From the UHGV virus genome UHGV-1363177: DNA of 58,819 nucleotides. One strand, written 5' to 3'. Source of the DNA: a virus. The notes under the pieces are model-generated. The model had not been told where the DNA came from. It did no database searches and saw only the letters and a list, made by a program, of their open reading frames with translations. This document shows, one piece after another, positions 9,163 to 18,799 of the stretch (position 1 is the first letter of the stretch; each line of letters starts with the position of its first letter). A program made the translations under genes and the position numbers.

Positions 9163-9615
9163 ATGGCTGTTAAAAAGATTGACTACAAGAAGTTTTCTGA
9201 CGCAGACCTTGCTGCTGAAATGCGTGAGCGGGGGCAGGTTGCCCCTCTGTCGCAGGATGGTCACATTCTTCGTGCTGAGTGCATTGCTCGCCTGTTGGAA
9301 CTTGACGACCTCGCTGCTAAGAATGACACCTCCGAAAAGGTGCGCGTTATTTTCCATCGCAGTGGTAATCCCAGTGCTGGTCCTTACGTCTTTGCTTCTA
9401 TCAATGATAAAAACTTTCAGGCTCCTTACGAAAAAGAAGTAGTGGTTCCCAAATACTTCCTGACTGAGTGTATCGACCGTGCTCGTACCATTGTGTTTGA
9501 GCAGGTTCAGACTCCCGGTCAGAAAGGTTCCGGTCCTAAGTACATTGCTACTTATCCGTACACTATTCTGGGTCCTGCTGTCGAAAGCAACGAGTCTGAT
9601 ACTGTTGCTGCCTAA
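9163..9615 (+). CDS. Hypothetical virion protein (150 aa), possibly head decoration or adaptor
   Basis: ORF with a strong SD (AAAGG) in the head module. Confidence 0.5.
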   Translation: MAVKKIDYKKFSDADLAAEMRERGQVAPLSQDGHILRAECIARLLELDDLAAKNDTSEKVRVIFHRSGNPSAGPYVFASINDKNFQAPYEKEVVVPKYFLTECIDRARTIVFEQVQTPGQKGSGPKYIATYPYTILGPAVESNESDTVAA

Positions 9616-9629
9616 AAGGATATATTCTC

Positions 9630-10367
9630 GTGAGAGTTAAAGATATTATTGAAAGAGTTCTTCTTCTGTACCACGATGAGAATTACTTGCGAATCAAGCA
9701 GCAGCAATACTTGCAACTGTTAGATGATGCTATCCTTCAGCTCATCCTCACTCGTCCTGACGCTCACGAGAAGCGAGATGTAATGAAGCTTTCTCCGGGT
9801 CCGCGTCAGCGTCTCCCGGAGGAAGCTTTCTCTTTGATAGATATTTATTCTAACAAGTTTAAGATTGCTGAGACTGATGAGTACACAGATGGTAAACCTG
9901 TGTTTCAGGTAGCTCGTAAAGACTTGGACTACTTTAGCAACTGGTACGACAACATTGAAGAACACACTCAGATTGACGAGTTTGCTTTTGATGTTCGGTC
10001 TCCTAAGCAGTTTTGGGTTAATCCCCCAGTAGCTGAGTCTGTTCCTATTTATGTTGAGATAGGTTATTCTTACAAGCATCCTCAGTACAGTCTTATGGTG
10101 GAAGATTATGAAGACATTCTTGAAATGGAATTGGAAATCTCTGATGAATTTCGGAATGCTATCATCAACTATCTCCTGTATCTTCTGTACAGCACCGATA
10201 GCACTTCTCAGTTTGACCGTACCATTGCTGATAAGTACCTTAATAATTTCTATCAGTTGCTTGGGATTGACGGTAAGTCTACTCTTGAAACCTATCCTCA
10301 CATTATTGAAAAGACTACTCAAGGGTTGAACCTTCATGGAGCTAACGTTGCTCCCACGGGGGCGTAG
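9630..10367 (+). CDS. Hypothetical virion protein (245 aa, GTG start), possibly head-tail connector
   Basis: Position in the morphogenesis module; acidic. Confidence 0.5.
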   Translation: MRVKDIIERVLLLYHDENYLRIKQQQYLQLLDDAILQLILTRPDAHEKRDVMKLSPGPRQRLPEEAFSLIDIYSNKFKIAETDEYTDGKPVFQVARKDLDYFSNWYDNIEEHTQIDEFAFDVRSPKQFWVNPPVAESVPIYVEIGYSYKHPQYSLMVEDYEDILEMELEISDEFRNAIINYLLYLLYSTDSTSQFDRTIADKYLNNFYQLLGIDGKSTLETYPHIIEKTTQGLNLHGANVAPTGA

Positions 10368-10369
10368 CC

Positions 10370-11353
10370 ATGAGTTACATTAACGCGACAATTGGTAAAG
10401 CAGTCATCGGTGAAACTGCTTGGAACGGTGGAGAAAGCCTTATAGTACCCCGTAAGTACAGGCAGAATCTCTACTATCCAGTACGAAATAAAGATGCTGT
10501 AGATTTCTTCTGCATCAATCAGAAACCTATCTGCTTTGTTAAACCCATCACTACACTCGACGGGATTCGGTACTCTAGTCTGTCTGGTTATATGATTAAC
10601 AGAGAATTTGTAGATTTTGTACTTGGTTGGTACGACCGAGTGCGTTATGAGACTATGAGTAACTTTGAATCTCGAACTATAGGTGCAGATACAACTATGG
10701 TTACTTGGGATAAATTTCATGAATATGTGCTACCTAGCGTGCAGGGTTGTCCTGTGTCTATGGTGAACAGTGCTATTCGTAGTGCTTGTATCGAGTTCTG
10801 TGAAAAGACTTTGCTGTGGAAACAGGACAGTATTACGAATGACCTGATTGAAGATTACGATTTGTATATCTTCGCTCCCCCGCCGAATGCTAAGGTAGTT
10901 ATGCCTTACCGTGTTTCTATTGATGGTAAGGAAGTACAACCTACTGATTTGCAAACTTTGGAGTCCTTTGCTCCTAATTGGAAAGACCTTAAGGATGAAT
11001 TTCCGAAGTATTACTTTATGGTAAGTGATAACACTATACGTCTTGTTGGTACTCCTACTAAGACATATAAGGATGCTCTTACTGCTGATGTAGCTCTTAA
11101 ACCTTCTCGTGACGCTAAACAGTGTCCTACGTTTATTTTTAACGATTGGGCTGAGACAATTGCTGCTGGTGCTCTTGCTAGGTTGCACGCTATGAAGGAT
11201 AAGGTCTGGGCTCTTCCTGAACTTGTTGGCCATTACACTAAAGCCTTTCGAGAAGGTATCTCTAGGGCACGTAGCAAGTCTGCTAAGTCTTGGCTGCAAG
11301 AATCTAAAACAATGCTCCCTGTTGGATTTTATAACGAAAAGAGGTATTATTAG
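10370..11353 (+). CDS. Hypothetical virion protein (327 aa)
   Basis: ATGA-overlap coupling with neighbours in the structural module. Confidence 0.55.
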   Translation: MSYINATIGKAVIGETAWNGGESLIVPRKYRQNLYYPVRNKDAVDFFCINQKPICFVKPITTLDGIRYSSLSGYMINREFVDFVLGWYDRVRYETMSNFESRTIGADTTMVTWDKFHEYVLPSVQGCPVSMVNSAIRSACIEFCEKTLLWKQDSITNDLIEDYDLYIFAPPPNAKVVMPYRVSIDGKEVQPTDLQTLESFAPNWKDLKDEFPKYYFMVSDNTIRLVGTPTKTYKDALTADVALKPSRDAKQCPTFIFNDWAETIAAGALARLHAMKDKVWALPELVGHYTKAFREGISRARSKSAKSWLQESKTMLPVGFYNEKRYY

Positions 11354-11355
11354 TT

Positions 11356-11769
11356 ATGGCTGGCTTTAGTGATTATACCGAAAACAAAGTTCTTGATTTT
11401 ATTTTTAACGCTGGCTCCTTCACCATTCCCGGTTTGTATCTGGGTCTGTTCAAGAGTGATGCAGGTCTGGAGACTAATCAGATTGGCTCCACTGATGAAG
11501 TGAATGACAGTGCTTCTTCTTATGCCCGTATTAACATCAACACTCCCGGCGGTTTCAATGGTGCTTCCGCTGGTGCTGTGTCTAATGTTCAGGACATGGA
11601 GTTTCCCATCGCGCAGGCCGACTGGGGTACTATTACCCACACTGCTATTCTTGACGCTTCTTCTGGTGGTAATGTTCTGGCTTGGGGTCCGCTGCTGAAT
11701 CCTCGTACCATCTATAATGGTGACAGTGTGAAGGTTCCTGCTGGTGCTCTTGTTGCTACTCTGTCCTAA
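11356..11769 (+). CDS. Hypothetical virion protein (137 aa)
   Basis: Structural-module ORF, Gly/Ser-rich. Confidence 0.5.
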   Translation: MAGFSDYTENKVLDFIFNAGSFTIPGLYLGLFKSDAGLETNQIGSTDEVNDSASSYARININTPGGFNGASAGAVSNVQDMEFPIAQADWGTITHTAILDASSGGNVLAWGPLLNPRTIYNGDSVKVPAGALVATLS

Positions 11770-11787
11770 TCTGTAAGGATATTTGTT

Positions 11788-12411
11788 ATGGTGGGTACCA
11801 CTCTTTCTGATGCTACCTCTTTGCTCGGTGGGTCCACTCTTATGAGTGGTACCCCTACAGAGTTTAATCCTTCTCGAATCCAACCTCTTGCTGGTAAGGC
11901 CATCAATGAACTTCCAGTTGTCTATCTTGACCTATTTAAAAAGTTTGAAGTGGTAATTGCCTCGGAAGATTCTTATAAGTGTGACCTTGTAGTTACCTAT
12001 CAACCTGAGGTTAATTACGAATCTGAATCTAGTTTTAATCCGCATAGTATTTACAAAGTTGTTCGATTCCTCTGTGGCATTGCTTCTGAGTCTACTTATA
12101 ACTTTGATTTCGCAAAGATAATAGCTTATTTGAAGTTATATCTCGATAGTACTTCTAATTTTACTGACAGTAGTACTTATCGTCAGCGTACTTTGTGGGC
12201 TAATATGGACAGCATTAGCGACATTCCTGAATGGTTCTTGAATCTTCGAGAAATCATTGCTAGTGCTATCAACTGTGAAAGCAACATGCCTGAGGTTGAT
12301 TACTGGATTCAAAGAGAAGGTAAGTTTATCATTCGTCTTCTTTCTTTGCTCATCGACAATGAACGAAAGAACATTGGCAGAATTGTTATCGAAGAAGACC
12401 CTTACATCTAA
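11788..12411 (+). CDS. Hypothetical virion protein (207 aa)
   Basis: Structural-module ORF. Confidence 0.5.
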   Translation: MVGTTLSDATSLLGGSTLMSGTPTEFNPSRIQPLAGKAINELPVVYLDLFKKFEVVIASEDSYKCDLVVTYQPEVNYESESSFNPHSIYKVVRFLCGIASESTYNFDFAKIIAYLKLYLDSTSNFTDSSTYRQRTLWANMDSISDIPEWFLNLREIIASAINCESNMPEVDYWIQREGKFIIRLLSLLIDNERKNIGRIVIEEDPYI

Positions 12412-12435
12412 ATTTTAAAGTGAGTAACAACATCT

Positions 12436-14424
12436 ATGGCACAGATTAGATTTGCTAATAATGTGAGCACTCAGCTTACTAAGCCGGTAGCTGAGAACGA
12501 CTCTACTATTGAAGTTCGCTCTCTCACTCAAGGTCTTGTTTGGCCTAACATTTCTGCTACCGGTGATTACTTTCTTATTATCATTGACGACATTTCTTCT
12601 AGTACTTGGGAGATAATGAAGTGCACTAAGGTACAGGTCAACGGTGCTGCGACTGTTCTTACTGTTGAACGTGGGCTGGAGGGTACTACTGCTACTACCT
12701 TCAATGCTGGTTCGGTAGTTGAGAACAGACTTACCGCCGGTACTCTTGATACCTTTGGAGAAGGCTTTCCTGCCAAGGTTGAGATTAACCGTGGTGGCAC
12801 GGGAGCTACTACTGCTGCTGATGCTCGTACTAATCTTGATGTACCATCTAAGGCTGACCTTTCTTCCGAAGTAAGTACTCGTACTTCTGAAGTTGCTCGT
12901 CTTGACCAGAAGATTATTGACAACATTCCTCCGGCTGCTACTACTGCTGTTCGTGGTACCACTACGCTGAGCAGTGCCGTGGATAGTATTAGTGAAACTC
13001 TTGCTGCTACTCCTAAAGCAGTAAAGACCGCTTATGACAAAGCCGTTGCAGTTGATACTCGATTGACTTCCGAGGTTACTACCCTTGAAGCTGCGGACAC
13101 TGCCACTAATCAGAAGCTTACTTCTGAAGTCTCTAGGCTTGAAGGTGAAATTGCAGCCCATACTCCCCCGGATGCTTCGTTTACTACTAAGGGTATTGTG
13201 CAGCTTAACAGTGCTGTTAATAGTAACAGTGAAGTGCTTGCTGCTACTCCGAAGGCTGTAAAGACTGCTTACGATAAAGCAGTAGCTGCTGCTGCTAAGT
13301 CTGCTTCTGCTGATAAGCTTACTACTGCTCGAAGCATTACTCTTACAGGTCCTGTAACTGGTACTGTTGATTTCGACGGTAGTGCTGATGTTAGTATTCC
13401 TACCACTGTCGTAAGTGCCTCTACTTCTGCTGAGGGTATTGTTCAACTCAGTAGTGCTACGAACAGTACAAGTGAACTTGTAGCTGCTACATCTAAAGCA
13501 GTTAAAGCTGCTTATGATAAAGCTGTTGAAGCTTCTAATAAAGCTGGTCTGCCCCTTGGTCACATCTTTGCTTGGCCTTTCCCTACTGCTCCTGATGGTT
13601 GCATTATTCTAAACGGTAGTACCTACGACCGTACTCTTTATGCTGACTTCTTTGCTTACATTAAGTCTAAGGGTTGGACTAAGACTGAAGCTGAGTGGCA
13701 GAGTATTGCTAAGTCAAACAATGGCTTCTGTCCTTGGTATTCAGAGGGTGACGGAAGTACAACTTTTCGTACTCCTAAGTTTGCTCCATATCAAAAATTA
13801 GCTCTTGCCTCTGGTGATGCTGGTAAATATTATGAGGCTGGATTACCTGATGCCACATTTCCTATTCCTACTACTGCGGTTAATCATACAGTTACAGGTG
13901 GACCCACATACATATATACTGGTCAATATGTAGCGAACCAATCGTTATCTAAAATAAATTCAATCTATGGTAACTCCACAACAGTTCGACCAGAATCACA
14001 TGATTGGGTTGTATGTGTAGTAGCTTTTGGTACTGCTACTAATGTAGGTTCTGTAGACGTTGCTAATGTAATGTCTGCTGTTAGTCAGGTACAAGCTAAT
14101 CCTAATCTTCAGGGCACTGCACATATTGTAGAAACTTGGAAGTCTAACGATGGAACGTCTTGGTATCGTAAGTGGAGTGATGGTTTTATTGAGCAGGGGC
14201 AAAGTGACATTACCGTTACGGAATCGTCGATGACAATAACATTCAACAAACCTTTCACTTATTCAACGTATCAACTTATTACAGAGGCACATGATGTCAC
14301 GTCAAAATCTTTTGGTGAAGGTGTTTCCATCGAAACAAAAAACACAACTGGGTTTGTTTGCCACGGTCATAATTCCTGCACTATAGCATTTATTACTGCT
14401 GATTGGTACGCCTGTGGATATTAA
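12436..14424 (+). CDS. Tail fibre protein (662 aa) with lambda-Stf/T-even-type 'phage tail fibre repeats'
   Basis: Three copies of (G)IVQL(N/S)SA(V/T)NS(N/T)SE(V/L)LAATPKAVK(T/A)AYDKAV; shares an N-terminal roughly 100-aa domain (FANN.ST...VENRLTAG) with the ORFs at 16690, 17391 and 18800. Confidence 0.8.
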   Translation: MAQIRFANNVSTQLTKPVAENDSTIEVRSLTQGLVWPNISATGDYFLIIIDDISSSTWEIMKCTKVQVNGAATVLTVERGLEGTTATTFNAGSVVENRLTAGTLDTFGEGFPAKVEINRGGTGATTAADARTNLDVPSKADLSSEVSTRTSEVARLDQKIIDNIPPAATTAVRGTTTLSSAVDSISETLAATPKAVKTAYDKAVAVDTRLTSEVTTLEAADTATNQKLTSEVSRLEGEIAAHTPPDASFTTKGIVQLNSAVNSNSEVLAATPKAVKTAYDKAVAAAAKSASADKLTTARSITLTGPVTGTVDFDGSADVSIPTTVVSASTSAEGIVQLSSATNSTSELVAATSKAVKAAYDKAVEASNKAGLPLGHIFAWPFPTAPDGCIILNGSTYDRTLYADFFAYIKSKGWTKTEAEWQSIAKSNNGFCPWYSEGDGSTTFRTPKFAPYQKLALASGDAGKYYEAGLPDATFPIPTTAVNHTVTGGPTYIYTGQYVANQSLSKINSIYGNSTTVRPESHDWVVCVVAFGTATNVGSVDVANVMSAVSQVQANPNLQGTAHIVETWKSNDGTSWYRKWSDGFIEQGQSDITVTESSMTITFNKPFTYSTYQLITEAHDVTSKSFGEGVSIETKNTTGFVCHGHNSCTIAFITADWYACGY

Positions 14425-14436
14425 AGGAGAACTATT

Positions 14437-14970
14437 ATGGAATTTAACATAGGACAAACTTTTACAGGAACTTATCCACCAGAGGCAGCAGTCTGGTGCA
14501 ATACACATAATGCTTATATCAAAGAAATCCCTACAGGTTTTCAGATTATAGCTATTCCCGGACCTACGCCTGAAAAAGTTCGTACTAAAAAGCTCGAAGA
14601 ACTTTCTCAGAAGCATCACGAAGCAGAGGAAAGTGGTATTCTTCAGTCCTCTATTGGTTTTCCTATTGATGCTAATGAACGAGCTAACCGAGATGTCTCT
14701 GGTCTTATTTCACAGATGGAAATGACCAGTATTGATACGACTCAGTTTTGTGATGCTAATAATGATTTTCATGAAGTTACTCTTGACAATCTGAAGACTA
14801 TGAAGCTTGAACTTATTCAATACGCTCACTCTCTTTATGCTACGAAATGGCAGCTTCGTGCTGCTATAGAAGCAGCTAAGACTGTAGATGAGCTTAATGC
14901 TATTGACATTAAGTTCGTAACTGATTTCACACCCACACCAGTTGTTTTGGCTGAAAATGCGTCACATTAA
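14437..14970 (+). CDS. Hypothetical protein (177 aa), possible fibre chaperone by position
   Basis: Directly downstream of the 662-aa fibre; strong SD AAGGAG. Confidence 0.35.
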   Translation: MEFNIGQTFTGTYPPEAAVWCNTHNAYIKEIPTGFQIIAIPGPTPEKVRTKKLEELSQKHHEAEESGILQSSIGFPIDANERANRDVSGLISQMEMTSIDTTQFCDANNDFHEVTLDNLKTMKLELIQYAHSLYATKWQLRAAIEAAKTVDELNAIDIKFVTDFTPTPVVLAENASH

Positions 14971-15190
14971 ACAAATACTTATAGCTATTGACCAGCTACT
15001 AAATACTCTTCTTTTTGACTGGGCGGATGAGACTTTATCTTCTAGGTGCTGGCGATGGAACTTAAAGGGAATAGACTGGCCACGAAAGCTTGTTGATACT
15101 TTACTCTTCTTTGATAAAGACCATTGTAAAACCAGCTATGAATCTGAAGTTCTTCGTAGACAATGTCCTGTTGAACTTCGTAATTTATAA
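14942..15190 (+). CDS. Hypothetical small protein (82 aa)
   Basis: ORF overlapping the end of the previous gene. Confidence 0.3.
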   Translation: MFWLKMRHIKQILIAIDQLLNTLLFDWADETLSSRCWRWNLKGIDWPRKLVDTLLFFDKDHCKTSYESEVLRRQCPVELRNL

Positions 15191-15384
15191 ATATAGCTAT
15201 CCAAGTCTCTTGACAAATCTATTATCGTACCCATCTATATGTTGGGGTAGTGTAGCCACTACTCTAGTACTTATATAAGTATCTTCTTAAAGTTTGGTAC
15301 GCTATATAAGTATAGCTCTGAACCTCAAAAAGTCCAGAGCTATGCCTATGTGCTTCAACTTGTATTAACAAGAAGGAGTAACCA

Positions 15385-16281
15385 ATGGGTTACGATATGG
15401 AAAAGACCACTCACGAGGAGACCACGACTAACGTGACTTCTTCTGGTGAAGGTGGTTATCATATTAAACCGACGAAGCTGGTGATTCACACTGAAGCTTC
15501 GGACGATGATAATAAGGATTCGAATATGAATGACATTGCTGGTCTGCTTGCTCTGATGCAGGGTAATAAGAATATGGACCTGCCCGGTCTGATGGCTCTG
15601 TGCCGCGAGCGTGGTTATGACCGTACCTTCGGTGGCGAAGGTATGTTCATGTTTGTGTTCTTGCTGCTGTTCCTGTTCGCTGGTGGTGGCTGGAATAATC
15701 TCGGCGCTCGCAATCAGGCCGCCTTCGCCGAAATGGCTGGCAACAACTGTCAGAGCATTATCGGTCTGCACGACCGTATCACTGCCGCGCAGACTGCTTC
15801 TACCAACGGTTTCTTTACTCTCGACACGAAGCTGTGCAGCTCTATCGCTGAGGTCATGGCTGCTGTCCGCAATCAGGGCGACCGTAACTATGAAGCTACC
15901 CGGAATGTGAATGACACCGTGCGGGATTGCTGCTGCACGATGGGTCGTAATCTGGATGCCATTGCCTGTAAGATTGATGGTGTTGCTGCCGAAGTTCGTC
16001 TGATGCAGGAACGTACCACTAACAATCTCCAGTCTATGGAGTGCCGTCTGTCCGGTCAGATTCGTGAAAACGCTAACGCTATGGCTCTGGGCTTTGAACG
16101 TCAGTCTAATCTGATTAACGAAAAGTTCACTGAGCTTGAGCTGGAGCGTCTGCGTCGTGAAAACTGCGAACTGAAGAGCACCATTCAGGGTAACGCTATT
16201 GCCGATGCCGCTGTGGCTCGTCTCCAGACTTTCGCTATCAATCATTACACGCCGACTAAGACTGCTACTCCTGCTGCGTAG
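15385..16281 (+). CDS. Hypothetical protein (298 aa) with a central transmembrane segment
   Basis: MFMFVFLLLFLFAGGGW hydrophobic stretch; very high-GC, host-like codon usage; own upstream region with a hairpin and TATATAAGTAT repeats; intrinsic terminator downstream. Confidence 0.6.
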   Translation: MGYDMEKTTHEETTTNVTSSGEGGYHIKPTKLVIHTEASDDDNKDSNMNDIAGLLALMQGNKNMDLPGLMALCRERGYDRTFGGEGMFMFVFLLLFLFAGGGWNNLGARNQAAFAEMAGNNCQSIIGLHDRITAAQTASTNGFFTLDTKLCSSIAEVMAAVRNQGDRNYEATRNVNDTVRDCCCTMGRNLDAIACKIDGVAAEVRLMQERTTNNLQSMECRLSGQIRENANAMALGFERQSNLINEKFTELELERLRRENCELKSTIQGNAIADAAVARLQTFAINHYTPTKTATPAA

Positions 16282-16298
16282 TATCAGTTGACTGATTA

Positions 16299-16334
16299 GG
16301 AGCCTAAGTCTTGGATGCTTAGGCTCCTTTTCTG
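16299..16334 (+). terminator. Rho-independent terminator (GGAGCCTAAG...CTTAGGCTCC plus TTTTCTG)
   Basis: 10-bp perfect stem followed by a T-tract, immediately 3' of CDS 15385..16281. Confidence 0.75.
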
Positions 16335-16358
16335 TATATATACACTGTGAGAAGTAAT

Positions 16359-16652
16359 ATGAATAAGTTTGTTATTGACACTGAAGCTGGTACCGTTCTT
16401 CCTGTGCACATGGAAGAAAAGAAAGAATGTCCTGTTATGGAAGCTTGGCATCGTCTGGGTGATGAGATTGGCGGTTGGAAAGAGTACCGTCAGCTTGAAA
16501 CCAAGGGCGAGAAATATGCTACTGCTTCTAAGCAGGAGTTCATGCACGCTCTGATGGCGCTGGACGATTTGCTGCACGAAATGTACAAAGCTGCAAATAC
16601 TGAAGAGCGGGATGAAATGCTTAAGCTTAAGAACGCTCTGTTCACTATGTAG
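16359..16652 (+). CDS. Hypothetical small protein (97 aa)
   Basis: ORF after the terminator, ATG at 16359. Confidence 0.45.
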   Translation: MNKFVIDTEAGTVLPVHMEEKKECPVMEAWHRLGDEIGGWKEYRQLETKGEKYATASKQEFMHALMALDDLLHEMYKAANTEERDEMLKLKNALFTM

Positions 16653-16689
16653 TATTATAGCTACTAAACTTTAAGAAGGTACTTTATTT

Positions 16690-17385
16690 ATGGCTAGAGT
16701 TCTTTATGAGAACAACTGCGTGTCTACTCTCTCGAAGGCTATTACGTCTTCAGATGAAAGTATGACTATCTCTGACATTAATGGCAATTGGCCAGAGATT
16801 ACCGCAGCTTCTCCGAATTTCTTTTTTGTTACACTTATTAATCCCAACAATAATGAACAAGAAATTGTGAAAGTTACCCGTTGTAATCCTGCTACGGGTT
16901 TGATGCACATTACTCGTGCACAAGATGGTACTACTGCGAAAAACTTTCCTATTTCTACTAAGGTTGAAATGCGGATTACAAAAGGTTTTTTTGATGCCTA
17001 TTTAGGTGCTGCTGCCTTTGTTCCGTTCTTCGCTTTCCGTCTTGAACATCCTGCTGGTCTTCCTGCTGGATGGATTCATTGTGATGGTAGTGCTCACGAA
17101 AAGACTTCTAAGGCTGGCGAAGCCTTGATGTCCTTGCCTACCTATACTAAGAATCAGTGGAAGATTGTTGAAACTGAGTCTACTATCACTGCTCCTAACT
17201 TTTATGATACTTCTACTGGTAAACCTTACTTTGTAATTCCGGGTAGAGAGTCTGGTGTTAAAGCTTCGGAAGAAATCAAAGTTACTGTAAAAGTTCCCAA
17301 AACGGGTGACACTACAAATGAAGAACTGGTAGTGTATACTCTTAACACTGTGCAGATGACCCCTGCTTTGTTCGTAGGAGTTTAA
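16690..17385 (+). CDS. Tail fibre paralogue (231 aa)
   Basis: N-terminal domain homologous to ORFs 12436, 17391 and 18800 (shared ENNxSTL... and EIVKVTR... blocks). Confidence 0.6.
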   Translation: MARVLYENNCVSTLSKAITSSDESMTISDINGNWPEITAASPNFFFVTLINPNNNEQEIVKVTRCNPATGLMHITRAQDGTTAKNFPISTKVEMRITKGFFDAYLGAAAFVPFFAFRLEHPAGLPAGWIHCDGSAHEKTSKAGEALMSLPTYTKNQWKIVETESTITAPNFYDTSTGKPYFVIPGRESGVKASEEIKVTVKVPKTGDTTNEELVVYTLNTVQMTPALFVGV

Positions 17386-17390
17386 TAGTT

Positions 17391-18290
17391 ATGCTTAGTA
17401 GAATTGAATTTGCAAATAATGCTAGTACTCGTATCGCGAAAGATATTCAAACCTCTGAGAATACTATCACGGTAGCCTCCGGTGAGACTTCTTACTTTCC
17501 AGAGCTTCCGTACAGTGATTCATATTTCATGCTTACTCTTGTTGATGACAATGGTAACTTTGAAATTGTGAAGTGTACTGCAAAGTCTGATACTACTTTC
17601 ACTGTTGAGCGAGCGCAGGAAGGTACTACTGCTAAGTTTTTTAAGCAGGGGACTACAATTGAAAATCGACTGACTGCTGGCAGTATTACTCAGGTATTCC
17701 AACAGTCTGTTGGGACTGACACAGAACACGGTATCTTCCGAATTGCTTCTACTGATGAAATTCGGAATGGTGCTACTCAGCCTATCGCTCCTGCTGCTTG
17801 TACTCCAGAAAATCTTAAACCAGTCCTTAATGAGATTCAGGTTAATGCCTTTATTAAAGGTGGCATCGTAGCCTTCTCTGGTGAATTTGATGGTGTCAAT
17901 CCTATTCCTACTGGTGGCACTGTTGGAGACAAGAACTGGCGTATTTGCGACGGAGGTGATGGTACTCCTGACCTACGTAACCGATTTATTATGGGATGTG
18001 ATACTCCTATCAGTATTGGTATTACTGGGGGTAGCAACACTAGAGAAATTACTACAGGACCTTGCACACTAACTGTTGCTCAGCTTCCGAGCCACAACCA
18101 TTGGAACTCTGGTAATACATCTCCTTTTTCAGCTCCTGCTAATAGTGGTATGTCTGGTAGTTATGGTAACTGGCATGGCCAAGGGACAAGTTTCACAGGT
18201 AATAGTCAGGCGCACACCCACACAATATCGGCGTCAGATGACAACCGTCCTGCATATTATGCATTGGCGTACATTATTAAGATTAAGTAG
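17391..18290 (+). CDS. Tail fibre paralogue (299 aa) with a His-rich C-terminal domain (HNHW...HTHT) ending YYALAYIIKIK
   Basis: Shared N-terminal domain; C-terminal HxH motifs as in metal-binding fibre tips or collar domains; C-terminus almost identical to that of ORF 18800. Confidence 0.65.
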   Translation: MLSRIEFANNASTRIAKDIQTSENTITVASGETSYFPELPYSDSYFMLTLVDDNGNFEIVKCTAKSDTTFTVERAQEGTTAKFFKQGTTIENRLTAGSITQVFQQSVGTDTEHGIFRIASTDEIRNGATQPIAPAACTPENLKPVLNEIQVNAFIKGGIVAFSGEFDGVNPIPTGGTVGDKNWRICDGGDGTPDLRNRFIMGCDTPISIGITGGSNTREITTGPCTLTVAQLPSHNHWNSGNTSPFSAPANSGMSGSYGNWHGQGTSFTGNSQAHTHTISASDDNRPAYYALAYIIKIK

Positions 18291-18299
18291 GTACTAATT

Positions 18300-18788
18300 A
18301 TGACGGATACCTTAGTATTTATTCCTGAGGATAAACTTATCATTTATAATAATGAAGTATTTATTTCAGATAAATTTATCCCACTATCTTCTCCAGAAGG
18401 CACCATTCGAGCTATTCATTGGACTCCTACAGATAAGCACATAGAGTTCGAATTTACCTACCGTGAGCTTACTGATGCAGACATTCCTGTATATGTAATG
18501 CCCTATGTATTGTTAGCTACGGAAGAAAAGACACGCCTTATTAAAGAAGCTGCTGATGCCGCCAATAATCCTGAGCTGTGTGCTGAAAATATTCGTAGAG
18601 AGCGAGACCATCGAATTGCTAAAACAGATTATCTGATGATGGCTGACTATCCTATCACCGACAGTAGTAAACAGGAACTTGAGACCTATCGTCAAGCTCT
18701 TCGAGACATCACGAAAGACCCTTCCTTTCCGTGGGCTGGTACTCCTGTCGAAAATATTCCTTGGCCCAAGAATCCTCTTGCTGAATAA
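18300..18788 (+). CDS. Tail fibre assembly protein (Tfa-type chaperone)
   Basis: C-terminal signature YRQALRDITKDPSFPW...IPWPKNP matches the conserved tail-fibre-assembly motif (W/YR..L..V...P.FP...IxWPxxP). Confidence 0.7.
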   Translation: MTDTLVFIPEDKLIIYNNEVFISDKFIPLSSPEGTIRAIHWTPTDKHIEFEFTYRELTDADIPVYVMPYVLLATEEKTRLIKEAADAANNPELCAENIRRERDHRIAKTDYLMMADYPITDSSKQELETYRQALRDITKDPSFPWAGTPVENIPWPKNPLAE

Positions 18789-18799
18789 GGTACATTGAT